A DNA stretch of 63,969 bases, the filler included, from Neoconidiobolus thromboides FSU 785 (Eukaryota > Fungi > Entomophthoromycota), in assembly GCA_025603075.1 (NCBI GenBank). It is 10 parts of 10 records of this genome, joined end to end, with 100 filler letters (N's around TTAATTAATTAA, not from the genome) between each part and the next. Parts side by side here need not be neighbours in the genome. Positions count along the whole stretch, not along the records: positions 31,503 to 38,034 come from MU626728.1; positions 38,135 to 44,809 come from MU626724.1; positions 44,910 to 50,344 come from MU626750.1; 7 more parts are not named here. One strand, written 5' to 3'. Made by a program: the position numbers and the translations under genes. This document shows positions 34,276-46,469 of this stretch, piece by piece. Every line of letters begins with the position of its first letter. The first letter of the stretch is position 1. The notes beneath the pieces are model-generated. The model saw only the letters and a list, made by a program, of their open reading frames with translations. It was not told where the DNA came from and did not search any database.

Positions 34276-36863
34276 TATACTATTTAAATAAACATGGGAA
34301 CATCTGTCAGCTACGCTTATAACTTTGAGAAATTCGAAAACTTTAAAAGCAACTTTTTGATCCGTTTTGAACTTGCTTTTTAGCTTCTTCTTTGGCTTTA
34401 AATAATATTCATAAGCTTAAACCTTAATCTTAGTTTTAGTACCTCTGATCCAATGTTTTAAAAAATTAATTTTAACTTTTAAGTATTCGATAAAAAATAT
34501 ATATGATCGTTATTCTTAGAAAGGAAACATTATTATAATTAAATCGTAATAGTAAGAACTGTTTTTAAAATATATTAAGCCTTTAAGTTGTAACAGAAGA
34601 CACACATGCCACATTTAATAATCGCCTAATTTATGAAAAATGCTTTGATAGAAAAACAAACAAATAATAAATCATTCGTAGATCGCTAGCATTTTGAATC
34701 AAAATCTTATTAAAAGTCACTTAATTCATTAAAATGCCGTTATTAGTACATTTATTTGTATGGTTTCCATCCATGTAAAACCTTCGGAAATACGTAGAGA
34801 TCTTAGATGACTAGAGGTCATCTATAATATAATATGGTATCAGGTTACCGGTTGTTTTTAATTTATAATTTTTTTTTAAAATTAGACTAAAGAGCTTTAC
34901 CCCAAATGAATACCAAGCACAGTTCTAGAGATTTAACGGCTAGTTTAGCTAAAAAATAGAATTAATTTAATGCTGGTTGGTTGGTACAAAGATTTTAGCT
35001 AAGGTAATAAATTAAAACTAAATCAACCTAGTTAGTTAACTTTATGAAGTGAACTTGTGAGATTTTATAGATTCATTTATAAAGAAAGGGAGTAAAAGTG
35101 TTGGAGAGGGAATAAAATCAAAGTTGTTTTAGTACTAAATACACATTGAAACAAACCAATTTTATTTAAATCCAATTGCAATTTAAAGCATTTGATTTGT
35201 TAATGCAAAACTATGCTTTAAATTGAGCTTAAATTTTGCTGGATTATCAATTTGATTTGAAATTTCAACAATTGATTTTAAAAAACCGCTGTTTGAGAAC
35301 TAGTGCTTATTTTTTGTTTTAATTATTTTATAAAATAAATTTAAACTTACAAGTTTAAATAGCTAAAAGTTTATAAAAAATGAAACCAGTACAAAATTGA
35401 AAACAATCACTAGCTCAAAAATTACCTATCTCAATAAAACCGTTAATCGAATACAACAATATCATTAAATGTATAGTATATTAAAAACTTATAAGCTAAA
35501 CTAATAAGTAGGCTATTTCAAAAACCCCCCAAACTTAGTTTGATAATACTAATTAATAGGAGATTTTTGGCAAAATTATTGGAAAAAAAATCCATGAAAT
35601 GAAAATAAAAAGTAATAATATAGTATATAGAATAATACCAAATTCTCAAATAATAGCATATGAAATCTGGTAAGATAAAGTAGAAACAATTTTTCGTAAG
35701 GAGCTGTTATAGTTAACCATTAAAAATGCTTTTGCTAACTCTTTTTTATACTAAATGTGGCTCAATTTTTATTGTTTCCTATTTATAGTTCTGGAGACAT
35801 TTATTTATAAAGCTAAGCTGATCCTACATAAAACTGTTTAACTTATTATAATCCTCTTACTTATACCTTATTTTTAGTCAAAACTGCCTTTATAATTTTT
35901 CGTTTTATCATAAAAGTTTTTGTAGATTATTCTATTACATTACTGGCTACTTTTTTCTTATTTTGTTATCTTCAGCACCTAAACTTAACTCTCTCTTAAC
36001 CACAGCCATTGGAACTAAAAGCATTACCCCCCTATCCACACCTTTTATCTGCAAAAACAGCTCACATCTCTACTCTGATTCTTATAAAAATTTTATATAA
36101 TGAAAGCCTATTTTGAAAAAATATGAAATCACGTCTCCCCTTCCCCATCTATGTAACTATGTAAAGATCCATCCTATATATTTAACATGATACATGTGCT
36201 GTGTTCTTCCAATTTCTTTAATTTAATAAACTTTTAAAAATAAGGCTACTACAATGCTGTAATTATACACAGTCAACTATTTTTTTATAGTTGAAACCTC
36301 CGCTTTGAATACAAATGCTAACAATTTCTATAGTTTGTACCTCGTAAAATAGCACAAAAGACTAAAAAAATATGATTAATATTAAGTAAATCTCTTGTTA
36401 TTGGTTTAATTGAATTCTTATGATATCATTATCTGGTAACCAAATGAAAGAAAGAGGCAAAATCAAACTCAGATTCCTAAAAGTTGATAAATAAAACGGA
36501 GCTTTTGATTTTCAAAAAAAGTAAACCAAGAGACATGAGGTTCCTTATCTCGCTTTCTGTTTTATTCCGATCCCCAAATCTATCTGAAAAAGGTTCCAAG
36601 TTCCTCGAATTTCTCTAAATCGCTCAAGTATATAAAACTAGCTCTCCCTACTATGTGATATCTAATAAAGCCAAGTCAACAAACTGGAGATCTTTATAAT
36701 TCAAAAAAAAGTTATCTCATGAAATAAAAATTTCTATAATATCACTTTTTTGAACTTTATATAATTGAACTAATTTAGAACCTATAAATTAATGAATAAA
36801 ATTTTTTGATAAATTCTAGAACAAAAGAATGAAAAGTTTTAATCAAGTTTTAATTTTTAAATA

Positions 36864-36962
36864 TGGGGGATTTTTGTTTGATGATTTTCCCAATAATTCT
36901 TCCTGCTCCAAATAAATAACGATTAAAAAATGGAAAAAGTACGAACTAAAAAAACATCCTCA
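36864..36962. mobile_element. Degenerate MITE copy
   Basis: TIRs and partial core. Confidence 0.6.
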
Positions 36963-37508
36963 AATTTTTATACTATGTTGGATTTAAATAATAATTAATA
37001 ATTTTGATGTATCAAATTTTGAGAGCAGACCCCTTACCTTCAATTTAATGAGCCACTACTTAATTAGTAAATAGAAGAGAGATGTTCGAGTCAGTTTCAG
37101 AGTTTAGCTAAAAAGTAATCCAAATATTAAGTTTTTAAATTTATAAGTCCTCAACATAACATCAACATCTATGATTAGATTTAAAAAGCTCAAAATTAAA
37201 TTTCTTCATTTAAAAACTTATTTATAATCACATTTTTTTTAATAATTATGTATTTGTGTTATTTTCATTAAATCCCTAATAACAGACATAATATATGTAT
37301 TATATAGTTATTTTATTTTATTTTATTTTATTTTTACTAAAAAGAAGACAGGCTTTTGGTTTTTATAACTAAATTTTAAATAAAATTTCTAAAAATTTTA
37401 ATATAATAAAGAAAAGCATATAATATAAATATTGTGATTTATATTACTTTCAACTATTTTATTTATATTAACCCAGAGGAGTTTATGGAATCTTATAATA
37501 ATAAGAAT

Positions 37509-37741
37509 TGGGGGAGTATTTTTTTGACTTCATTATTTTTTCCATTTTTAAGTGCTATTTAAGCGGAAAATTTGTTAGTAAAATCCTTTAGGCACAAAAA
37601 TACATCCCCAATATATATTTAAACAAGTTCATAAAACAAATGGAGATGCGTTTTTATGTTTAAGAATTTTAGCAATAGTTTTTCCACTCAAATAGCGCTT
37701 AAAAGATGGGAAAAAGTGATAAAGCCAAAAAGACATCCTCA
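37509..37741. mobile_element. Two MITE copies (37509-37610, 37641-37741), inverted relative to each other
   Basis: Consensus matches. Confidence 0.85.
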
Positions 37742-38134
37742 AATAATAGCTTATTGATTTGATTCTTTTACTTTGAGCATCATGAAAAAAGTATAGTTGA
37801 TGAGGATTCTGGAAATCTTTCAAAATGGAAAAGTAGTTTTGAAGCATTAGGTAAAATAGAAGATATCAATCAGTTAATTTCAAGATTTGAGACTTTTATT
37901 TGCGAGCATAATAAAATTAATAACTCGACTGTTAATAATGGGAAAACAGATATAATTTTTAAAAAGTATAAAAGAAACAAAAATACAAAAAGAATAATAG
38001 AGATGCAGGGCATTAAGAAGTATTTACACTTTATNNNNNNNNNNNNNNNNNNNNNNNNNNNNNNNNNNNNNNNNNNNNTTAATTAATTAANNNNNNNNNN
38101 NNNNNNNNNNNNNNNNNNNNNNNNNNNNNNNNNN

Positions 38135-38200
38135 ATTCAAAATAGTTGAATAACTAGTGAATACTAATTGAAAAGCTACTAATAATTGTATCAATTTCAT
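38135..38200 (-). CDS. 5' end of a secreted-protein gene running into a gap (copy 1)
   Basis: ATG at 38200, MKLIQLLVAFQLVFTSYSTILN; TATA box at 38234-38241. Confidence 0.65.
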
Positions 38201-39090
38201 TTTTAGTTAATACTATTACTTCAATTATCATTGTTTATATACTCTTAGACAATTATCAGGGATGGCTCATGTCTTATAGAAATCTAGTTAATTGAAAATA
38301 CCATCATAGTATCTTCCTCATGATGAATCATGAGAATAATACAATGGGCATCACCACCTTTGTATTTTAATGAATAGCAAGTTACCAACAATTAAGTTAA
38401 TTTTATTATCATCACATTATATTATAAACTATTTACTCTTAGTTAAATTATCAGAATAGCTTGTAGTTTAATATAACTTTAATCGGTTGAGAATAGGGTC
38501 ATATTGTATTTCTTGTGATCTATCATATGGATATTTTAGTAAACATCATTTTATTTATTTTCGAATAACTTTGTTAATAAATCCTGTTTGAATTTCATCT
38601 CATTAAATTGATGACAAATATAGCAAAATTCGAGAATTTTAAGAATCATTTTCGAATTTTTTAAAGGCTGAAAGAACCAATCACTTCATGGGCGTTTAAT
38701 AATAAATAAAACTCAAAAGTGATAATTGAGAAATAAGAGATAAATGGGGTAAGAAAGTACTGAGATGGAGGCAGAATATAAAATTAGGGGGACTAAAAAG
38801 TTCTATATGTTTATTTATTACTTAAAGATAATATGAAGTTTTAGATCTGGTTACATACCCCTTTGAGCCAAGTATTGATCATGAATGAAGGGAAGATTTT
38901 TATACTAATTATTTAATTAGGATACTTTTTGCTTTTATTGTAGATAAAAAGTTCATTTATATTTATTAAGAATATCATTATTATAATAATGATAGTAAAC
39001 ACAATACTAAATTTCAATTTCTGTCTAAAATATTTAACTATAGAAAAAGAAAAAGAAAAAGAAATTATAATATCATTTAGTAATATTTAT

Positions 39091-40722
39091 TTAAACATTT
39101 AACTCATTTCTAGGCTTAATACTAATCACCATTTCGGATTCCTTGGGTTTTAACACCAGAAAAAAATAAGGAGTAACTTTGGCATTCTTATTATAATATT
39201 CTATCTCAAAGTAATACAGCAAACAAGTCAAAAAATGGGACATAGCTAACCAAGCAAATTCTCTACCAACACAGGATCTAGGACCAATTAAAAAAGGTAA
39301 GTAATTTGATCTAACACTTGAGTCTAAAAATCTTTCAGGTATAAATTGATCACTATTTTCCCAAATTTCACTACTACGATGGTAAGCATAGCTTCCAATA
39401 CCGACTTCTAAATCTTCTGGTAAATAATATCCTTCTAACTCCACCCCTCCTTTGGGTGTCATTCGAGGTAAAAAGCCAGCTCCAATAGGATACAATCGCA
39501 TAGATTCACTGATACAAGCTTCTAAGTAAGGGCAATTCTTTTTTATAAGTTCATAATTGATGGCTTCAATCGAATTCTCTTTATATAATTGATCAATTTC
39601 TTGTTGAAGCTTATCAAGTTTATCGGGATTTTCAATTAATAACTTCAAAGTCCAAGTTAAAGTATTTGCCGTTGTATCAGTACCTGCAATAAAACCAGTG
39701 ATAATCTCAGCAGCTAAATCATCTAGAGTTAATGGCTCCCTGCTATTAGTTAAGAAAGATTGTAAAATATCATTATATTCGGTGAGATCACTGGATGTAT
39801 CCATTTGAGCTAAAAGTTGTTGGCGCTCTTCTATCTTGGATTTACAAAACTGAATAAATTGTTGGTAACTTTTTTTTCCAAAACGTTCACCACCAATTGT
39901 CTTTAATATTGGGAATTCATATTGCATAATGCCATAGATTTGTGCCTCTTTAAGCCATTTTAAAATAGGTAAATCACTTTCACTACTATTTAATAAGTCC
40001 AAGTTTTCACTTAAAATCAACTGTCCATTAATTGTAAATAAAACTTGATGAATCAATTTATAAATATCGCAATGTCCATTAGTCTCATACAATTCCTTTA
40101 GCTTTTTTTTAAGTGGCAAAAATCCATATTCAATCATTACAGGTTCTAATTGTTTTAAATTTGAACTACTAATAGTTTGAGCTACTATCTTTCTCTATAA
40201 AATATTTAATATTTGCTACAATAAAAGTTTCAAAAAACTTACTCTTTCGGAATGGACTTCTTTATCACTAAAATTTCTATTAATAAAATAGAAACAATAA
40301 TTTAATAAACTTACGCAACTGAAAATATATTGCCTGCTCCATAATCAAATGCCCGATAAAAAGGGGCCTTTTTATAACTATAAGTACCATAAATAATATT
40401 GGATGATTTTTTAGTATTAATCATCACCCTATTAGGTGCAAAGTGTACTACTGGGCCATATTGATCATGAATTTGTTTCAAAAACTCATGATAATTACCT
40501 TTAGTTATAAAGTGTTTGACATAAAAACTGGACATCTTGCCGAGAATTGGACCAGGTACATCACGTAAGTTACTGATATATTTTATATAAATGTACTAGT
40601 AAATTATTTATTAGTCTGTTGATGAGTCAAATGCTGCTTTATCTTACTCGTAATAGGATGCAACCTAAAAGGGATAGGAATATGACTAAATTTATTTGTT
40701 GGAATAAATTTAGAGGTATCAT
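39091..40722 (-). CDS. Cytochrome P450, 4 exons (40722-40648, 40595-40315, 40267-40243, 40194-39091), ~494 aa
   Basis: N-terminal TM, LRDVPGP hinge, AGTDTT I-helix, ESMR, PERF, FLIGPRSCVG heme motif. GT-AG introns of 52, 47 and 48 nt join in frame. Confidence 0.93.
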
Positions 40723-41095
40723 TTCTACAAATTCTATTTAAAAAAATATATTAAAGTATGAAATATATCTTGGTTTTATATTTTTAATAAATTCTGTTGA
40801 TATTGTTGTTTCATGTTGATCACTTTTTATTGAAAATTTCATTGAAAATTTTGATTTTAACTTCAACTATGCTTGGACATATTAACAAAATTCATTAATA
40901 GTCTAATTACTCAAAGCATGAAATTTAAAAATCATCAAAAGTTAATTAATATAAAAAATATTTATTACAAAATGGTATATTAGCATTAAAATAATTAAGG
41001 GAGAAGGAGTTGGGGGAGGAGGAAAGATAAAATCCCTAAAACTAGTATTAGGATGACTCGACGATAAGAATCTTTTTTTGAAAGAGTAATAAAAT

Positions 41096-42577
41096 TTACA
41101 AAGCATAAATCATCAATTTGCCAGATTGAGTTTTTGATATTTGATCTAAAGAAATATTAAAATCCAAAGGCTTAATATCTCCATTAAAATCCCTATAAGT
41201 AAGTTTAGCAACTTCGTCTCCAAAGCGTTCACAAACTCTCTTTTGTAAATCAAAGTTACTACTACCTTTAGGCATTTTAAATGCTATTAAATCACCACGA
41301 AAATTGACTTTAACTTTAATATCACCTAGCTCATTCTTATCACTGTTGTCTTCATTTTTGAGTAAATTGGGAATTAAATTTGATTCATAATCTCCTTTCT
41401 TCATTTTAAAAAAGGAGCGAAATAATTCACTATTTTGGATTTGTTGAGGTAATAAAAACAACTGTTGTAAGTATAAATCTAAATCGATTCTTCTTTGTGT
41501 TGTAATTTTATCATCCACTTGAGATAATGGTCCGGGCATATAAGGTATGATCCTTTTATCTCCAAATCGTCCAGCTTCTTTAGGAAATTGTCTTATTAAT
41601 CCAGTGTGTAATTCAAAAAAGGCATCGTAATCTCTATATAGTGTACGTTGTTTTCCTGAACTTTCAAATCTTAACTGTATTATGAAAATATAGTTTCCTT
41701 CATCAGCTATGAATGAAGTGACATGAGCGGTATCTAGAGGTTCTTTCTCTTTTTTATTGATATTCATACCATGTTGAAAATCAAATGTTAAAGCATCAAG
41801 AGGTGTATTTGGCATATAAGAATAAGAAGAGCAAACACTGGCAGGTGATTGAGGTTCAATGATACTATTTGTACTATGCATACTCAATGTTGAAGAAGTA
41901 GTCATTGTTTTCCATTCCATTACAGAGGGTAGTGAGATATGTTTATCTCTTAAATATTCACTAAAGTTATCTACTTTTTCTCCAGAATTTTTGTCCCTTA
42001 GTTCTAAATAGGAAACAGGCACTAAACCTGGGCTAGATTCACCATCTAATAATCGAGCCACGAACCAATCTTCAGTTGATTGTGCTAATACAATTAATAA
42101 ATCCCCTTTTTTAAAACCTAATTCGTCTTCTCTTTCAGAATCAAAATCATAAAGCGCTTTTGCGATAAAAGTGGTATAAGAAGCTCTATTATTGAAGTTA
42201 TTATTAAATAAAGAAGATTCAGGACAAGAATGAGAACTAATTGTGTTATTAGAACGAGGTTGAACTCTCACGGTAGTGTTATTGGTTTCAAAAGATCTAG
42301 GACATTTTTTTATAATTTCAAACAAATCAATTGGTACTAAACCAACTTTGTTTGTTAATGGATTACATACACTATAATAATCATTATCACTTTCTCCAAT
42401 GACATGAAACAAGTCACCTTTCATAAAAGATAACTCTTCCGATTTACGTGCATGATAATCCCCTTTAGCCCTAATTATATAAATTGGAGGTATATTACAT
42501 GGTGATATATTGCCACTAGATTTGGATACACGATGTTTATTGACAATTTTTAATGGATTTAAAGCTTTGAGTAACAT
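41096..42577 (-). CDS. BEM1: Polarity scaffold Bem1/Scd2 (SH3-SH3-PX-PB1)
   Basis: SH3 (AKGDYHARKSEELSF...GLVP), SH3 (ALYDFDSEREDELGF...DWF...GLVPVSY), PX (LYRDYDAFFELH...IPYMPGP), PB1 (IKVKVNFRGDLIAF). Confidence 0.92.
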   Translation of the reverse strand: MLLKALNPLKIVNKHRVSKSSGNISPCNIPPIYIIRAKGDYHARKSEELSFMKGDLFHVIGESDNDYYSVCNPLTNKVGLVPIDLFEIIKKCPRSFETNNTTVRVQPRSNNTISSHSCPESSLFNNNFNNRASYTTFIAKALYDFDSEREDELGFKKGDLLIVLAQSTEDWFVARLLDGESSPGLVPVSYLELRDKNSGEKVDNFSEYLRDKHISLPSVMEWKTMTTSSTLSMHSTNSIIEPQSPASVCSSYSYMPNTPLDALTFDFQHGMNINKKEKEPLDTAHVTSFIADEGNYIFIIQLRFESSGKQRTLYRDYDAFFELHTGLIRQFPKEAGRFGDKRIIPYMPGPLSQVDDKITTQRRIDLDLYLQQLFLLPQQIQNSELFRSFFKMKKGDYESNLIPNLLKNEDNSDKNELGDIKVKVNFRGDLIAFKMPKGSSNFDLQKRVCERFGDEVAKLTYRDFNGDIKPLDFNISLDQISKTQSGKLMIYAL

Positions 42578-43868
42578 TAAGGAAATAAATTAAATAAAAT
42601 TGGGTATAAATAGAACTTGAAAAGTAAGTTAGAAATAATTAGAAATAAGACTAACTTAAAATATTGAAAAGCAAGGATTTGTTGATTGAGATAGCTAAAC
42701 TTGGTACTAAAGATCAATTTTTATAGATAAAAATGGTAATCCTATTCACGCTACTTTTAAACAACTTAACTGTCAAATTATAAACTTAATTTTCCCTTCT
42801 TAATTTTTCTTACTTGTCTATTTATACCTTTTTTTCCACCCTACTTTTATTTTATACTTTGATATTCAGTTGAATCTTGCACTAAGCTTCGATTTATTTA
42901 TGGATAAAATCAGCCTTTTTAAGGCTTAAGTTTCAATTTCCATGCTTGAAACTAAAAAATCATTGAATTTACCAATCAGATAGCCCCAAAGTAAAGATAT
43001 ACATTGTTTAATTGACTATTTTTGATTTTAAATTGAAGATTAAAAAATAATCATCCCAATTTCTTATAAAAGTGACTTATCTATCCTTGGAACGACTGCA
43101 TGACTAAACCGACTAGTTCAACAAAACGGGTAAAAAACTCAAGGTAAAACAAGGATTTTTTTTATAAATTATAAAATCAAGCCTTAATCGAAATTATGCA
43201 GTAATGTTTTTCTGACAGATTTCGAAAAAATATTAGCAATAAATCACTATTTTTACTAATAAACTTTCAATTTAGCTCAACTTTGAAATTATTAGACTTT
43301 ATGCCTTGATTTTGATCGATTATCCTTAAACTTGGATAGAATTTAGTTTCTGCTTTACACTCCTTACTAATTATTTGTTAGAGGTGAAGGGTATATAATG
43401 ATCTAGTATTCAGTTTTTGTTTACAATTCTTTTTTATTTATTTCTTTGTTACATCTTGTTTAAGGTGATTTTTTTCATAACAAACTGCGGAGCTAGACGA
43501 ACTAGAGTTCATTTATTTTGGTTGTTCAATACTAAATACAAAAGCCCTTAAACCTTATTGTAAATATTATATTATAATTTTTCTATACATTATTGCTATT
43601 AGTTGGTAGTTTATTACTGCTTAGTACTTTAGGATTTGATTTATTTGGTCGTGTTGAAAATTATAGTATTCTTTAAACTAACTTAATTAATCTGAATAAA
43701 AATGACTTGGCAAAAATACAAATACAATATAAAGGCTTTGTTTAAGTAAGGCTTTTTTATGAAGTAATTTCTCAACATGTTACTATAAATATCAAGGGTT
43801 AGGAATTTTTTTAGCATTTATATTTGTTGCTCTTTTGTCATTGTTTAAATTACTTTGTTTTATTAATA

Positions 43869-43969
43869 TAGGGATGTGTTTTTATGTTTAAGAATTTTAC
43901 TAATAGTTTTTCCACTCAAATAGCGCTTAAAAGATAGGAAAAGTAATGAAGCGAAAAAAACATCCCCCA
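43869..43969. mobile_element. MITE family 1 copy
   Basis: Consensus match, TA flanks. Confidence 0.88.
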
Positions 43970-44743
43970 TATTCTATTTTTTGATCTCTTTTTATTTCAT
44001 TTTACACTTTAAAAAAATTAATTTTAGCAAAAAGAGTATTCAATTAAAGGACAAATAACTAAATTCCATAAAGAAAATTTACGTTAATAGACGTGAAGCT
44101 TGGTGCTGGATTTAAGAAAAAGAGGTTATAAGAAAACAAAATAGATAAATGAAATTGAGGTTAAAGAGTCTAGTTTTATAAATAATACAAGTTATAGTTT
44201 AAAACAAAGTAAAAAAAAGTGACAATGCTTTATAAAACCTGGTTCTAAAACTATAAAAAAGATTCTTAATTGAAAATAAAAAATTTAGCAAAATTTATGC
44301 CAAATTCCTTCGATTATTTCTATATTTATTCCAAATTTATTCAAATTAAAAATTTAATTGAAATTAACTTAAGCTTACTTTAGTTAAAATTAGTGACATT
44401 GATAGAGTATTCGTATGATAGATCATAAAAAATATGACCATATTTTCAATCGACTAAAATTTTAGTAAACAATAGATCGTCACTGATAATTTATTTAGAA
44501 GCAAACAACTTAATATAAAGTGAAGATAATAGTTAAAAATAAAGTAATCCCAATTACTAATAGTTTGATTCACAGAAATTTAAAATTGATAATATTCATT
44601 ACAATGTCTATTATATGGACTATTAGAGAAACGATATGATAGCATTTATAATTAGCTATATTAATTAAAAAATGTAGTCTATTCCTGATAATTGTCTAAG
44701 AGTATATAAACAACGATAATTGAAGTAATAGTATTAACTAAAA

Positions 44744-44809
44744 ATGAAATTGATACAATTATTAGTAGCTTTTCAATTAGTATTCACTAGTTATTCAACT
44801 ATTTTGAAT
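44744..44809 (+). CDS. 5' end of a secreted-protein gene running into a gap (copy 2, identical to copy 1)
   Basis: ATG at 44744, MKLIQLLVAFQLVFTSYSTILN; TATATAAA at 44703. Confidence 0.65.
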
Positions 44810-44909
44810 NNNNNNNNNNNNNNNNNNNNNNNNNNNNNNNNNNNNNNNNNNNNTTAATTAATTAANNNNNNNNNNNNNNNNNNNNNNNNNNNNNNNNNNN
44901 NNNNNNNNN

Positions 44910-45006
44910 CTATCTTAGTCACATAAACTAAGACCTTTCGACTTATAGTGTAGTCAACCCAGCAATAGCTGTTCTTGACTCCAAACCCTGAGTACCAGAT
45001 TTCACA
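44910..45006 (+). mobile_element. 3' end of an LTR-like repeat (ends ATTTCACA)
   Basis: Homologous to 59646-59742; begins at a gap edge. Confidence 0.6.
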
Positions 45007-46075
45007 GTATAATTAAGTACAAAAAGATGGGTGTAATTCCAATATTTAATCAATTTAATACAATTTTTATAACACCTTTATAACTAACTAAATATTACAA
45101 CTGTGCCTTTTGTATTTAGCTATACTGTTTATGAAAAAACCAAAGTGAGTCTCAAAATAAAAATATCTATAATATTGATTAAGGTTTTCATTTGATGACT
45201 AGAAAATGACTAAAGATTATTGTTGAAATCATCTTTTTTTAATTAATTGGAATTATATTAATAAAATAGTTTTATGACAAAAAATTAATAACGATATAAT
45301 TTAATTCAATAGACATTTAAAATTAATTTTAGAAAAATCTACTTCGCTAAAAATATTGGGTTAATTTATAAGCAATTTTAAATAAAGGTAAATTACTTAC
45401 AGACCGGATTCGATAATGCTATACTTAGCTTTGAATAATATTTATCTAATGATTCTATAGCAAACATTCATTTTATTTTATATCGTTTTGAATATTGAGA
45501 AACAAAGATTTTAACAATACAATTATTATTTATTCAGTTTCATTATATAGAAGATTATAACTAAAAGTATAAGATTTTCTAGTGTGTAAATAATGAGCCA
45601 TTTTTAAGAAAATTTTGAGATAAACTATAATTCAAAATGCGAATCAAAAGGTAAAAAAGTCAACTGAAGTTTCAATGATGAGCCCTAAACTTGGTTATGT
45701 AAACAAATTAATATAGAAGAAAATTCATTTCCCTTCAATAAAAGTAATTTGACAAATTACAATTACACCACTACCTGAGGCTCTGGGCTTCTAAATTTTA
45801 ATACTTTAAACTTGAAAATTTAAGGAACTTGTTAAAATACATGGTTGTCTTTTTTAGTCTCATTTACCAATTTTTATACAAAAGTTGGTAATTTATTAAC
45901 TGAATACTAAATGAAAAAGATATTCTCATATACTTTTTCCGAAATAATGTCATCTTTCAATTCCTTTAAAACAGTAAACAATAAAATTTTAGTTTTTCCA
46001 TTAAACCTATATTGTATAAAAAAAGTGTAAATTGACTAAAAAAACTATACTTGATTTTTTAAAATAAATATAATA

Positions 46076-46175
46076 TGGGGATGTATTTTTGTGTTTAAGA
46101 ATTTTACTAACAATCTTTCTACTTAAATAGCGCTTAAAAAATGGAAAAGTAATGAAATCAAAAAAAACATCCCCA
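46076..46175. mobile_element. MITE family 1 copy
   Basis: Consensus match, TA flanks. Confidence 0.9.
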
Positions 46176-46369
46176 TATATTAAACAATAACTCCCCATAA
46201 TATCTTATAATGTAACCGAATATAATTAAAAGGGTCATCCTCTCTAGTTTGTTCCAGCTGTTTAAGTAAACAAAATGTTAGTTTATTGATCATCCCAGAT
46301 AGTGCTGCAATAACCACTTATGAAAACTTGGTCAATGCTGCCAAAAAATATAGTGATAATGAAGCTATA

Positions 46370-46469
46370 TGGGAGTGTTTTTTTTGACTTCATTATTTTT
46401 TCCATTTTTAAGCGCTATTTAAGCGGAAAAATTGCTAGTAAAATTCTTAAATACAAAAATACATCCCCA
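46370..46469. mobile_element. MITE in the ACSL pseudogene (1)
   Basis: 100 bp, TA on both sides. Confidence 0.9.

Noticed and set aside
35900-36150. C/A-rich stretch with C-x4-H-x4-S, like a decayed zinc knuckle of a LINE ORF1
   Set aside because: Two of four ligands are missing and there is no adjacent RT remnant
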